From Chiloscyllium plagiosum (lineage: Eukaryota), in the NCBI RefSeq assembly GCF_004010195.1, contig NC_057751.1, positions 19,492,535-19,556,534 on the forward strand: DNA of 64,000 nucleotides. The letters are read 5' to 3'. Made by a program: the position numbers and the translations under genes. Under the pieces are notes generated by a model that searched no databases, was not told the origin of the DNA, and saw nothing but the letters and a program-made list of their open reading frames with translations. Of the stretch, positions 29,001-39,779 are shown one piece after another (position 1 is the first letter of the stretch; every line of letters starts with the position of its first letter).

Positions 29001-32000
29001 TGTTCAAAGAATTATCTACCTTAGCTTTAAAAACATTCAATGAGGAAGGCTCAGCTGCTTCACTGAGCAGGGAATTCCACAGATTCACAACCCTCTGGGT
29101 GAAGAAGTTCCTCCTCGATTCAGTCGGAAATCTGCTCCCCCTAATTTTGAGGCTATGCCTTCAGTTTCACCCGCCAGTGGGAACATCCTCTCTACTTGTA
29201 TCTTATCTATTCCGTTCATAACTTTATATGTTACTATAAGATCCCCACCTCATTCTTGTAAATGCCAATGAATATAATCCCAATCTACTTGGTCTCTCCT
29301 CATAAGCCAATCCCCTCAACTCTGGAATCTACCTAATGAACCTCCTCTGAACCCCCTTCACTGCCAGTACATCCTTTCTCAAGTAAGGAGACCAAAACTG
29401 CACACAGTACTCCAGGTGTGGTCTCACCAGCTATACAGCTGTAACATAACCTCCCTGCTTTTAAACTCAATCCCGTTAGCAATGAAAGACAAAATTCCAT
29501 TTGCCTTCTTAATTACCTGTTGCACCTGCAAACCAACCTTCTGTGATTCATGCACAAGGACACCCAGGTCCTTCTGCACAGCAGCATGCTGCAATTTCTT
29601 ACCATTCAAATAAATCCTTTTTACTGTTATTCCTACCAAAATGGATGACTTCACATTTATCAACATTGTACTCCATCTGCCAGACCTTTGCCCACTCACT
29701 TAAACTATCGATGTCCCACTGCAAAGTTTCAAAGTCCACTGCACACTTTGCTCTACCACTCATCTTAGTGTCTTCGGCAAACTTTGACACGCCACATGTG
29801 GTCCCAACACCAAATCATCTATGTAAATTGTGAATAATTGCAGTCCGAACACTGAGCCCTGAGGGACACCATTAGTCACTGATCACCAACCAGAAAAACA
29901 GTCATTTATCCCTATTCTATGCTTCCAGTTAGTTAAGCAATCCTCTATCCATGCTAATACATTGTCTGTAACGCCTTGCATCTTTATCTTGTGCAGCAGC
30001 CTTTTGTGTGGCACCTTGTCAAGTGCCTTTTGGAAATCTAGGTACCGCAACTATTGGGTCCCCGTTGTCTACTGTGCTCGTAATGTCTTCATAGAATTCC
30101 AGTGCATTAGTTGAGCATGACCTGCTTTTCATATTCATCTCACCCCTTGAGTCTCTCAATAACCTACTTACCATTTTCCTATGCATAAGTCTTTCCTGTG
30201 CCATCAGAGAGAGAGAGACGGCTAAATGCTCATCGTTTTTACGTGTTATTTCAGCGAACAAGCACAAGTGGTGGCACAACCCATGGTACCCTCACCAGTG
30301 TCACAGTCTTGTGTGGCGTGTACAATGCCTGAAATGCCAGGATGGTCACAGGTTCCATGCAATCCGGGTAACATCAGCTACGATAAGTAAGTATAGAAGT
30401 TGTTTATAAGAACTGGTGTTAACAAATTTAGTTGAATTTCCATTGTCGCCACACATGTTTTTTCGTAATTAGCAATTCTTTCCCCCTTTTCCACTAATTC
30501 TCTTCTCTTTCTTCTACTAGTTCTCTTTCTTTCACTCTAAGTAATTCTCTCCCATCGCTTGCACCGGTTTCTGTTTTCATTCCATAATTTTTAGGAGTTA
30601 TCTGAGGAGATACTTTTCCTGTTCCTGAGAGACAGCAGTCTTGCCTGCTGAAGGTTAACAGTCAGTTGGCCAGTAAATACTGCAGGGCAACTGTTCTTTC
30701 CCCTGTTTCCACCGTTCCCTAGTCAGTGAGGGGAAGGGAGGTGGGTTGTCTTTGGTGCCCTATTAAATCTAGCCCATCTACGAATTTGTCAATGTTGTTG
30801 TAAGTGTTTCAGATTCTGGATAAAATATGAACAAATTGTAGAAAGTCGATCACTTTTAGTAGAAGTGCAATTTGCGGTATAATGTTACACTCCAAAAAAT
30901 AACTATTTAAACAGAATTCAGAGAGCACTTAATTTCAGTTAGCTCCATTCCAGAAAACACACTTTCCACTAGTTCCTAGCTCCCCACATTTTAAATAACT
31001 AATTCTCACCCAGTCGGGGTCAGTTAGCTCAGTTTTAGCTCAGTTAGTTCAATGGCTGGTTTGAGATGCAGGGAACCACCTAGAGCGTAGGTTCAATTCC
31101 TATACTGCCTGAGGTTCCTAAGAAGGTCCTATCTTTTGAACCTCTCCGATCACCTCCCTTCTAATGAGAGCAGCCCTATAGTCTGATGGACTATGGCGAC
31201 TTTATCTTTTACTTTCCTCGCCCAGTTAATCTTCATGAGTATATCCAGCACATGTTCTTGCAATCCATTAGGACTCAGGTATTCTTTCAGATCATATCAG
31301 ATGATATTGTATAAAAGTTTAGGGTCTCCCATTACAATATGTAGTTAGTGTGGTTGCTCAGCAGAGGACTATTGTGATTTGACAGCAGCCTTTGCTTTTA
31401 AACTATCTACCTTATTAAGGCTTAATTAAATCAATACTGGATTAAATACAATTATTCTGTCATCTTTTAACAGGGGTGATGTTGCAGTTAACGCTTCCAT
31501 TTCATTACCTCCCAGTATGATTTTACCAACAAGCCAGAATGAAGACTTTACGAACGCAATTCAGGGGTCAGTCCTGTTTCTAAAGACTTTACTTTGGTTT
31601 GAGAAAGTGTTAGAGTTAGGTTTTTCACACTGTCAAGAATCTGAATTTTGTTTATGAACCTTTTGTAACTGCTCTGATATTAATGGAATGCTGAATTTTC
31701 CTCTGAAATCCTACCTCAAATGAGCAATGAGGCTATGCCTCTCCAACTTGAGCTCCATTTACTTCTGTGCAACTCACTTGAATTTAATAACCCTGATCTC
31801 TTTGGGTGCTCCAGTATTGCTGTTTAGTTTTTGTTGATCAATTAACAAGCGAGTCTCCTGACTTGTATGGATCAATATACAAAGTATTATTAATAGTCAC
31901 TTGGAAGTACAGAATTTAAGTACTGCTGTAAAGAAAAAAAGTGACGTTGCTGAAGCTTTTTGTCTTGTTGTCAGGACAGAATTGCAAGAATACCAAATTT

Positions 32001-33885
32001 CAATGGGAACAGCAATTACCATGCCTTTGAATCTAGCCACGCTTGCAAACTTAAATTTGGTATCCAATATTTGATGTGAATCTGCAATTGGACAGCACTT
32101 ACTAAACAATCTCAATAGTACTAACAGCCAAATTGAAATCATTTAATTGAGCTTGCAATGCGGCTCACTTCTACATGCTACATATTTATATGCAGGGTTC
32201 TGTCCTTCGAAAATAGAACATGTTCTAGTGTGGAGCCTTTACAACTAGCCAAAAGCTTTGGGAGACTGCCATCCCCAATGACGACCCTGCCTTAACTAAT
32301 TGGAGTCAATTTGCCAACTAATCAGTACCTCTTCTCACAGAGTGTAAACTGTTTCCTCTTGCATCTGTCCTGACAAGTCCAAGACAAAATGCTTGGACAG
32401 CATGTCTCTCTCAAGTGTTATTACTTCCTGAGCAAAAAGAAGTTAGTGCTGTTCTTTCACTGCTTTAAGGTACTTGTGCAGCTCCTAGATGTTTTCACAA
32501 GATCCCTTGTTAAAATAACTAACTTCTGTTGAAGCCTCCTCCGAATTGAACACCCAAGATCATGAATTCTGTGTGGGTAATCACAGCATTAGCCTATAGT
32601 TGATATACAGTGTCATAGTATTTTAAAGATTCAGTAACAAGTTAGACACTTTTTAAAGCTTTGCTTGCACACTCCAGGTTCTTGGAGTTCACAGCCATGT
32701 AGCAAGGCAAACATATTACATGACCTGACTAATACTTTGTCTTTCTTTGAAAAGCAACCATCTCGTTACTTCATTTGGAAGTGAGAATGACATGGACGTG
32801 AACTTTGATGACGATCAACAGTTTGTAAGAGGGTGAGCCAAATCAACATATTTAGATCCCTTTTGTTGCAGGTAAAATTTCCTCCGTCCACCACCTTTCA
32901 ACTTGAACTCCCTCCACCAGCAGCTCATGTTAGCCGCACTGTTTATAAAATGCACTGCAGCAACTTGCCAATGTTCCTTTGACAATACCTACCAGACCTC
33001 CACTACCTCAAAGAACAAGGTTCAGCAGATGCATGGCAACAGCATCCACCTGCGAGCTCCCCCTCCAAGACTCACTCTATCCTGAATGTCAGGCTCGCTC
33101 TTCAGTGCAGTGCTCAGGAATACTTGTATCTGATTTTATAGCTGCTTGTTTTGTTTTCTCCTGATGTCCTAGCCCTTCTCTCATCCAATCACAAAAAACT
33201 GATCCTTCATCCTTGTGTTGTTTGTAATATTTTGCTCCATGCAAAGCATATATCATGTCATTATATCGAAATAACTGCACAATATAATTTACAGTGTATG
33301 AAGCATTTTCAGATGTTTCTGAAATATACTGTGTTGTGCCAATGCAATTTTTAATACTGAAAATAAAGACCTTTCCATGTCTAGTTCAGCTAAAAGGTGA
33401 AAGGATTTATACAGTTGACAAGTTAGATTGGTTGACACATCCTATAAGCCCATTGGCCACCTGTTCATTCATAAATTATTTGCAGCTACCCATTGTTCAA
33501 AATCGATAAGCATGTTGAATTCATCTCACTCAACTTCTGACCTTAGCTGTCAGCTGAATCTCAGTCCTAACCCTATTTTTGTATAGTACCACATATGTTT
33601 AGGGTTCTGTATAGCAAATTATGATTCAATAACTTTATATAGCTTAGTAAAGCTAGAATATTAATCTCAATAGTAAATACAACATATAATTGGAATCAGT
33701 GAAAAAATTAATTGAAACTTTTACGACATGACTACACTTTTAGAAACAGTAATGTCAATCCTGACTTTTCTTTTCTTCCTTCTCTGCCCCCCAGTGTGGA
33801 AAACATTCCGGTGCCCTCGGAGTTTGAGCTGAATGCACTCCTGAATACAGTGGATATGTCTCTAATGAATTCAACTGAGTTTTAA
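2385..33885 (+). CDS. STAT6: STAT6 orthologue, 5'-incomplete spliced CDS: join(2385-2522,3850-4029,5858-5945,14726-14848,18007-18099,18572-18778,19459-19553,20684-20820,22612-22758,27241-27298,30255-30386,31474-31566,32755-32832,33795-33885)
   Basis: Fourteen AG/GT-bounded exons have compatible phases, totalling 1660 nt (1 + 553 codons incl. stop). STAT6-type motifs: [75 protein letters not shown]-terminal LxxLL. The neighbouring gene is NAB2-like, as at human STAT6. Upstream exons lie outside the window. Confidence 0.93.
2665..3100 (-). mobile_element. CR1 LINE 3' end fragment
   Basis: Reverse complement matches the CR1 ORF2 C-terminus and 3' UTR seen at 6985-7347 and 58613-59100. Confidence 0.9.
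3850..4029 (+). CDS. STAT6: STAT6 exon, start of DNA-binding domain ([50 protein letters not shown]...)
   Basis: ttttacag| acceptor, |gtaaga donor. Hallmark STAT5/6 motif [11 protein letters not shown]. Confidence 0.97.
4453..4768 (+). mobile_element. HE1-type V-SINE, full length
   Basis: tRNA-like head (A box tggcacagtgg, B box ggttcaattcc), V-domain gggtttcctcc...ctcccacagtccaaa, CR1-derived tail with (TAATC)n. Confidence 0.92.
4921..5031. repeat. Polypyrimidine tract with a (TC)n microsatellite (about 4979-5031)
   Basis: Read directly from the sequence. Confidence 0.97.
5858..5945 (+). CDS. STAT6: STAT6 exon, DBD ([29 protein letters not shown])
   Basis: caccag| acceptor, |gtgtgt donor, 88 nt phase 2-0. 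GEI.NN motif. Confidence 0.95.
6165..6930 (-). mobile_element. Old CR1 fragment
   Basis: Degenerate reverse-complement RT 3' region (e.g. ttggtattgtctgcaaattt, a KFADDTK remnant). Confidence 0.6.
6933..6984 (+). mobile_element. Tigger/TcMar-like DNA transposon left end, interrupted by a CR1 insertion
   Basis: TA + caggtagtcc terminal motif shared with 19651 and, inverted, with 22335-22354. Confidence 0.5.
6985..7347 (+). mobile_element. CR1 LINE 3' end
   Basis: Encodes [16 protein letters not shown]...[10 protein letters not shown]...FFTQRVV, followed by the CR1 3' UTR. Confidence 0.92.
7800..8925 (+). mobile_element. Old CR1 RT fragment
   Basis: [34 protein letters not shown] remnants with frameshifts. 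Confidence 0.85.
8930..11880 (+). mobile_element. Long degenerate CR1 LINE (ORF1 esterase end, APE endonuclease, RT)
   Basis: DGLHLN (SGNH block V), [53 protein letters not shown]. Many stops and frameshifts. Confidence 0.93.
10236..10359 (-). mobile_element. Penelope-derived short element with hammerhead motif, inserted in CR1
   Basis: Same family as the 3' end of the Penelope at 47221-47312. Imperfect ~17-bp TSD actagag(g/t)aag(a/g)ttagg at 10218-10234 and 10367-10383. Confidence 0.85.
12648..13005 (+). mobile_element. tRNA-derived SINE (second family) with LINE-like tail
   Basis: A/B-box-like head (tggccttgtgg, gggtttgaatccc) and tail gggcaataaatgctg...gaatgaataaa. Fragments also at about 6078-6160, 7720-7795, 37205-37860, 40660-40990 (-) and 41080-41150. 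Confidence 0.75.
14095..14270 (+). mobile_element. CR1 3' end fragment
   Basis: FKR.LD..MNRKG.EG.GPNAG.W remnant plus 3' UTR. Confidence 0.8.
14726..14848 (+). CDS. STAT6: STAT6 exon, DBD ([41 protein letters not shown])
   Basis: AAG acceptor, cag|gtattg donor, 123 nt. VTEE motif. Confidence 0.96.
15690..16150 (-). mobile_element. CR1 3' end fragment
   Basis: [26 protein letters not shown] on the minus strand. Confidence 0.9.
18007..18099 (+). CDS. STAT6: STAT6 exon, DBD end ([31 protein letters not shown])
   Basis: ttgcag| acceptor, |gtaagt donor, 93 nt. Confidence 0.97.
18572..18778 (+). CDS. STAT6: STAT6 exon, linker domain ([28 protein letters not shown]...VSWSQFNK)
   Basis: ttttgcag| acceptor, aag|gtaaca donor, 207 nt. 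Confidence 0.97.
19459..19553 (+). CDS. STAT6: STAT6 exon, linker ([32 protein letters not shown])
   Basis: cctgcag| acceptor, |gtagga donor. TFWQWFDG motif. Confidence 0.97.
19651..20475 (+). mobile_element. Tigger/TcMar-like non-autonomous DNA transposon remnant
   Basis: Starts TA-taggtagtcctcactta; the 5' internal sequence parallels 6933-6984/7348 and 21550. Right end uncertain. Confidence 0.45.
20684..20820 (+). CDS. STAT6: STAT6 exon, SH2 ([15 protein letters not shown]...[19 protein letters not shown]...)
   Basis: ttgcag| acceptor, ag|gtatca donor. [13 protein letters not shown]2 signature with the invariant Arg. Confidence 0.97.
20930..21030 (-). mobile_element. Short tRNA-derived SINE
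   Basis: Similar copies at about 23215-23320 (-), 42030-42120 (+), 44205-44285 (+) and 61930-62080 (+), with B-box-like ggttcaagtccc. Confidence 0.55.
21550..22354 (+). mobile_element. Tigger/TcMar-like remnant, second copy
   Basis: Right TIR gaggtctacctg-TA (22341-22354); 5' part similar to 19680-19820. Confidence 0.45.
22612..22758 (+). CDS. STAT6: STAT6 exon, SH2 ([48 protein letters not shown])
   Basis: ttatag| acceptor, |gtaggt donor, 147 nt. Confidence 0.97.
23700..25430 (+). mobile_element. Old CR1 5' part (ORF1, SGNH-esterase-like), split by a nested minus-strand CR1 at about 24465-25060
   Basis: [12 protein letters not shown] (compare SGNH block III VVHVGTND) before the insert, EINVWL after it. 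The insert encodes [18 protein letters not shown] on the minus strand. Confidence 0.7.
25480..25830 (+). mobile_element. CR1 3' end fragment
   Basis: [21 protein letters not shown] and FKDEI remnants plus 3' UTR. Confidence 0.8.
27241..27298 (+). CDS. STAT6: STAT6 exon with the activating tyrosine ([20 protein letters not shown]; Tyr codon 27264-27266)
   Basis: ttttccacag| acceptor, |gtaagc donor, phase 1-2. DGY motif directly after the SH2 domain. Confidence 0.92.
28862..30190 (-). mobile_element. CR1 LINE RT and 3' end
   Basis: [37 protein letters not shown] on the minus strand. Ends about 65 bp upstream of the exon at 30255. Confidence 0.93.
30255..30386 (+). CDS. STAT6: STAT6 transactivation-domain exon ([19 protein letters not shown]...NISYD)
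   Basis: atttcag| acceptor, |gtaagt donor, open phase 2-2, P/S/Q-rich. Little sequence homology to check against. Confidence 0.75.
31014..31215 (+). mobile_element. tRNA-derived SINE (third family)
   Basis: Duplicated A box (ttagctcagtt twice), B box ggttcaattcc, tail ggactatggcgacttta. Confidence 0.6.
31474..31566 (+). CDS. STAT6: STAT6 transactivation-domain exon ([31 protein letters not shown])
   Basis: ttttaacag| acceptor, |gtcagt donor, open phase 2-2. Confidence 0.7.
32755..32832 (+). CDS. STAT6: STAT6 transactivation-domain exon ([26 protein letters not shown])
   Basis: Branch-point-like ctgactaat plus pyrimidine tract, AAG acceptor, gg|gtgagc donor. Acidic, phase 2-2. Confidence 0.7.
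33795..33885 (+). CDS. STAT6: STAT6 terminal coding exon ([29 protein letters not shown])
   Basis: Very strong pyrimidine tract and ccag| acceptor, phase-2 entry. [13 protein letters not shown] aligns with the human STAT6 LLPPTEQDLTKLL LxxLL motif. Confidence 0.85.
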
Positions 33886-35169
33886 AATGCCTGTGAGTTT
33901 CAGAACGAGGATTCTCAAATGCCAAGTTATCCAGGTGGCTGTTTGTCACAAAAGGGATTAATTTTGTCAGTTGTGAACTCTGAATTAAGATTTCTGTTCA
34001 CCTTTTTTTATTGCATTTTCCTGTACAAACTGCAAAATAAGAGCAAACCCAATTTAACCAATGTTAATAGACAATTTTCTTCTCTTTCCCACTGAGGAAA
34101 GTATCTACCTCTTGTGGTGCCTGGGGTCATAGGAATGTTAATGCCACCTTCTCCATTTCAACAGGATTTTTGTGTGGAGATGCTGAGTAGAGGGCAGACA
34201 ATTTTGTTCATGGCTGAAGCAAAGCATGGGCACCTTGGATATTTAAAATGGAAATGAAATTGAACATAAATTTTTGTTAGTATAGGAAACTTGGTCGAGT
34301 CAAATCTGCTTAAATCCAATATATTAATGGATTCTGTTAGATGTCAGCAGAATTTAGTCCAGAGGGGAGTAAACAAGTTTGTAAAACTGAAAATTGACTC
34401 AATGTATTGAGAAGTTGTTGCAGGCTGAGAGCTTGAGATCTGTTAATTTTGTGGTCAAGTAGCTAACACAAGCTGATGTGTTTTATAAGATCGATCAAAT
34501 CTGCATAATAGTACTTATGTTTGTGCAAAAAAAATTGAATTAAGTAGTGCAGATAACACAACAAAGTGAAAATGTAGTACTTGATTGAAATTAACAAGAC
34601 AGTTCAAAGCATTGCAATTTTTCCTAGCCTGGAATAGTTCCCCATCTATTGACAATTACATTGTAGCGCAAATAAGCAGTTTTTCAAAGTAAATATTGAA
34701 AGAATATAGTAGTGTTTGCAATTAATCAAAAATCCAAAGTTTCGCATTACCCTGTGTATTTTTAAAAGTTAATCAAGTAAAATTGAGTGCACTAAATTTA
34801 CTGCCAATCTAGTTTGGGAAGCAGTTAGTAGAATGGGACGTTTAAGGAAATCGTCTGCAGAAGATTGAGGCAATGACCTGGGTCCTCCTTACAGTGATTT
34901 GTGATTTCAAATTTTGCAGGACCAGTGTTTTTAAGGAAATCTATTTAAGGGATGAAGGTACCTTTTATAAGATCCGTGGTAGTAAATGGGATCTTTCAGT
35001 AGAATTATGGCAATATTATATAATGCACATTCACTTTGCAGTGTTATTCAAATGGTCAATGTTAAAATTGGTACACCTGTATTAGAAATATTTTCAAGTG
35101 CCCTGTTGGAACAGGCTCCACTACAAGTTAGGATCCTTTTAGAGACTTAAAATGCCTCACAACAGGCTT

Positions 35170-36330
35170 GAGGGTTATCGTTGGGAAGGGTCTGACAGGG
35201 GTGCCTGAAACCAAATTGACCAAGTGAACAGGTGATGGTCATAGGTTAATGGAGAGAAGGTGTAATCAGTGTGGTTGCATTTTTGTGAAAGTTGAAAAAT
35301 AAAACTCTGACTAGAAAAATATGTACCTGGACGCTGATAACTAGCATTTAATGTCTAGTTTGTAACAGTGCAAAAGTAATAATTCATGGAATAAAGAGGA
35401 CGAGAGTGATATTGGATACAGAATTGACTGAGTGATAGGAAACGATAGTGGCAAATCAGTTTTTTTCAGACCAGAAAAAGGTTTGTACAAGAGGTCCCCT
35501 TGCTTGTCTTGATGTATATAAGTGATATAGACCTTGGGGTACAAGGCACAATTTCCAAATGTGACCATGATACAGAACCTGAAAGCATTGTAAACAAAGA
35601 TGAGGATAATGTAGCACTTCAAAAGGATGTAGACAAATTGGAATGGATGGAGAAGTGGTCGATGAAATTTAATGGCTGAGAAATGTGAAGTGATTTTTTT
35701 TGTTTGTTTTACATGGTGTCGCTGCATTCGTTTTACCAAAGGATACAGTTCTGAAGGGAATGCAGGAGCAGGTGGACCTGGGTGTGTATGTGCAGACGTT
35801 TTGGAAGATGAAGTTTTTCATTCAGTTCTAGGTGCCACACTTAAGGACAGATGTGATGGTATTAGGGAAAAGTGCGAAACAGTTTCTACAAATTGGTTCC
35901 AGGGATGAGGAACTTGATTTAACATAGATGGATGGGAGAGGTTGGCATTGGTTTTCCTTGGGGAAGAGAAGGTTGAGGAGCAGATGTATTCGTTATCATG
36001 AGGGGCCTGGACAGATTAAATAGAGAAAAAACATTCCCACGCTTGAAAGGAGTGAGAACCAGAGAGCATAGATTGAAGGTAACTAGCAAGAGGAGCAATG
36101 GCGATGTGAGAAACCTTTTCACACAGTGAACAGTTAGGATCTGAAATGTATTTCCTGTGTGTGTGGGGAGGCAGGTTCCATCAGGCACTCGAGGGAATCA
36201 AATTGTTTTCTGAAAAAGAAGAATATACGGGGTTATGAGGAGGAGCTATGAAAATGGCACTACATAAATGAGTCCTTCAGAGAACCACCGCAGACACAGT
36301 GGGCCAAAAGGCTGCTTGTGTTGTAATAAT
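35170..36330 (+). mobile_element. Old CR1 fragment, possibly within the STAT6 3' UTR
   Basis: MAEKCEVIF, RGLDRLNREK.FP, TREHRLKV remnants and CR1-type 3' UTR. Confidence 0.75.
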
Positions 36331-37092
36331 TCAATAAATAAGTTATTTGGTTAATGTAATTTACGCACAAATTGGAGCAAAAGGAAAAATCGATCATGAA
36401 ATTATAAATGGCTCATCAATACTACTCCAATACAGTGTATATTCTAGTCTACTCTACCATAAACTCTACCTGCCCGTTTAATCTTATTTCACACACCATG
36501 TACACTCTAACCTTACAAAGACAAACCCTTGAGATTAAATGGGTAGGTAATATTCTGTATAAATCCTTACTCATCCCCAAAGGTAATCCAATCCAGAATA
36601 GACATCTATTTTTAACATTTTAGTGATTGAAACTTGGCTTGCTGTCCTCCATGAGCTCTTCCCTTGGTTACCTTACTCCATATAAACAGAGTCTGATGCA
36701 AAAGCATGATCTTTAAATGTTTCTATTTGTGCTGTTACATTAGCTCTTATGAGTTAGTGTGTTTCAGTTTTGCTTTCTGGGATACTTGCCTTCTTTAGAC
36801 TTCATGGAAGTAATTCCTTGATTTGACTCTTTATTTTTCCTCTCGATATAGTATTACAGATTTTGAAATCCACTGTATATATGAAATTATAATCCGAAAT
36901 GGAACTTCATAGAGCTTAACTTTAAAAGTCATAAACTAGGTGCTTTTTCACTTTATTATTAATGCAGTTTGACTGTATCTTGTTTTCTGTACCAGCAACG
37001 TAACTCTTTCTGTTATGTTTTTTTCCATTTCCACTTGCTGTTTTAAGGCATAGGAATTAGAGTGAATGATGTTGGCGTGTATAAAAGCTGAG

Positions 37093-37098
37093 AATAAA
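37093..37098 (+). promoter_or_regulatory. Candidate STAT6 poly(A) signal AATAAA
   Basis: Ends an AT-rich, repeat-poor stretch and is followed by U/GU-rich sequence. Alternatives at 35298 and 36333. Confidence 0.35.
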
Positions 37099-37267
37099 AG
37101 CCTTAGCTTTTAGAAAATGCAACATGTCTGTCTTTAATTTTCCATCAAATTGACTTTGAAGAAATATTCCCATCCCTCTACTTGCCCCCTTGTTTTAATC
37201 CTGAAGGGGCACAGTAATGGGGAGACATGAGCAAAGTGGGAATGTCACTGTACCAGTCATTCAGAGA

Positions 37268-37515
37268 GAGAAAGTGAGGGCTGCAGATGCTGGAGATCAG
37301 AGCTGAAAATGTGTTGCTGGAAAAGCGCAGCAGGTCAGGCAGCATCAGTTCGAGGGATTTGACTGAGACAAGGTGGGGGGAGGGGAAATGAGGAAACTGT
37401 AGAAATCTGAGCTCATCCCTTGTGGTTGGAGGGTTCCCAGGCAGAAGATGAGGCGCTCTTCCTCCAACCGTCATGTTGCCATGGTCTGGCGATGGAGGAG
37501 TCCAAGGACCTGCAT
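37268..37515 (-). mobile_element. Penelope-like fragment (GIY-YIG C-terminus plus terminal repeat) inserted in a SINE
   Basis: Minus strand encodes MQVLGLLHRQT...LEEERLIFCLGTLQPQG, joined to the family terminal sequence. Confidence 0.85.
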
Positions 37516-37879
37516 TCAGAGACCCAGGTTATTGGGGAACATAAATTCCATGACTGCAGGTGGTAAAATTTGAGTTTAATTCCTAAATCTGGAATTTAAA
37601 CACTAGTCTAATGGTGACAGTGAAGCCATTATCGTAAGAACTCTTGAAGCTTTAGGGTAAGAAATCTGTCCTCCTCACCTGGTCTGACTACAGTAATGTG
37701 ATTGACTCCTAGCTGCCCTCTGAAATGGCCCAAGAAGCCACTTGTTGTATCAAACCACCATGAAGTTCAAACAAAATTAGGTCAATGCTGGATGGTCCAG
37801 CAGGTTGAAGTGCTGGAAATGACCATGATGAACCCTATTTTGTTGACCCTACAAAGCCTTCCTTCCTAACATGGGTAAA

Positions 37880-39720
37880 GGAGAATCCAAAGAGATTCTA
37901 CAAGAAGATGAAGAGTAACTAGGGAGAGAATAGGGCCCCTTAAAGCTCAACAAGGCTGTCTATGTGTGGAACTGCAGAGGATTGGTGAGATCCTAAATGA
38001 ATATTTTGTCGGTATATACTGTGGAGGCTAGGAACTCAAAAGAGTAATGTCTTGAAAAGAGCCCACATTACAGAAGAGGAAGTGCTGGAGATCTTAAAAA
38101 GCATACAGATAGATAAATTCCAAGGACCTGATCAAGTGTATCCCAGAATGTGGGAAGTCAGGGAAGAAATTGCCGGGCTGCTAGCAGAAATATTTATATC
38201 ATCAATAGGCATGGATGATATACCAGAAAACTGGAAGGTGGCTAATGTTGTGCTGTTAGTTAAGAAAGACCAGGGAACTACGGACCAGTGAGTCTAATGT
38301 CAGTGGTGGGTAAGTTATTAGAGGTGATTCTGAGAGACAGGACCTTCATGCTTTTCAAAAGGCAAGGACAGATTTGGGATAGTCAGCACAGCTTTGTGCA
38401 TGGGAAATCCTCTCCGTTTGATTGAGGTTTTTGAATAGGGGACCAAGAAGATGGATGAAGACAGGGCAGTAGACATTGTCTACATGGACTTTGGCAAGGC
38501 CTTTTTAACAAAGTTCCCCATGGTGGACTGGTTATTAAGATTTGATCGTGTGGGAGGGCTGGCCAATCAGATACAAAATTGGCTTGATGATAGGAGACGG
38601 GGAGGAGGTAGAGGGTTGCTGTTCAGACTGGTGGTCTGTGACCATGGTGTGTTGAAAGGACCAGTGCTGGCTCCACTGGTGTTCGTCATTTATATAAAAA
38701 CATTTGGATGAGAATATAGGAGGCATGGTCAGTAGTTTGCGGATAACACCAAAATCTTAGATAACCTTCACTATCCACTATAGCAAGATTATAAAGGGAT
38801 CTTGACCAACTGCGCCAGTGGGCTGAGGAATTAAACAAGGGGGCGTTTAATTTAGATAAATGCAAGGTGTTGCATTTTTATAAAACAAAGTAGGGCAAGA
38901 TTTACACTGTTAATGGGAGGGCCCTGAAGAGTGTTGTCAAAAAGAGACCTAGGGTTGCATGCATATAGTTCTTTGAAGGTGGCATCACAAGTAGACAGGG
39001 TAGTGAAGAAGGCATTTGGCATGCTAGCCTTCAGACAGAGCATTGAGTTGGGACATCATGTTACAACTGTACAAGACATTGAGGCCACATTTGGAGTACT
39101 GTGTATAATTCTGGGAATTATAGTGGAAAGGGTGCAGAAAACCTTTATCAGGATGTGACTGAGACTGGAGGGTTTGAACTCTAAGAGGAGGCTAGATAAG
39201 CTAGGACTTTTTTCCCTGGAGCATAAGAGGCTGAGGGGTGACCTTTCTTTGGGTTTATCAAATCATACGGAGCATGAATAACCAAGGCCTTCTCCCCAGG
39301 ATATTGGAGTCCAAAACTAGAGGGCATAGGTTTTAGGTGAGAGGAGGAAGATTTAAAAGGGAGCTGAGGAGCAATGTTTTTCCTCACAGGGTGGTACGCG
39401 TGTGGAACAAGCTGCCAGAGGAAGTGGTGGAGGCTGGTACAATTACAACATTTACAACGCATCTGGTTGGGTATATGAATAGGGTGCTGGCAAATGAGAC
39501 TAAATAAAAACTGGAAGAACTGTGGATGCTATAAATGGGAAACAAAAACAGAAATTGCTGGAAAAGCTCAGCAGGTCTGGCAGCATCTGTGGAGAGAAGT
39601 CCCATTTAAGATTTCAGGTCAAGTGGCCCTTCCTCAGAACTAGTTCAGTTCAGGAAACCTGGTTGGTTTGGATGAGTTGGGCTGAAGGGCCTGTTTCCAT
39701 GATGTATGATTCTAACTCTA
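37880..39720 (+). mobile_element. Degenerate CR1 LINE (RT to 3' UTR)
   Basis: GPDQVYPR, WKVANV, VYMDFGKAF, GPVLAPLVF. An older palindromic-family element is inserted at about 39508-39645. Confidence 0.92.
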
Positions 39721-39779
39721 TATATAAGGTTAGTGCTAAAATCGATATCTTAGACTAGTCAAGTAACAGCCTGATGTAG

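Noticed and set aside
33173..33227. Candidate main terminal exon of STAT6
   Set aside because: The 33795 exon has a stronger acceptor and the conserved LxxLL. Kept only as a possible minor isoform.
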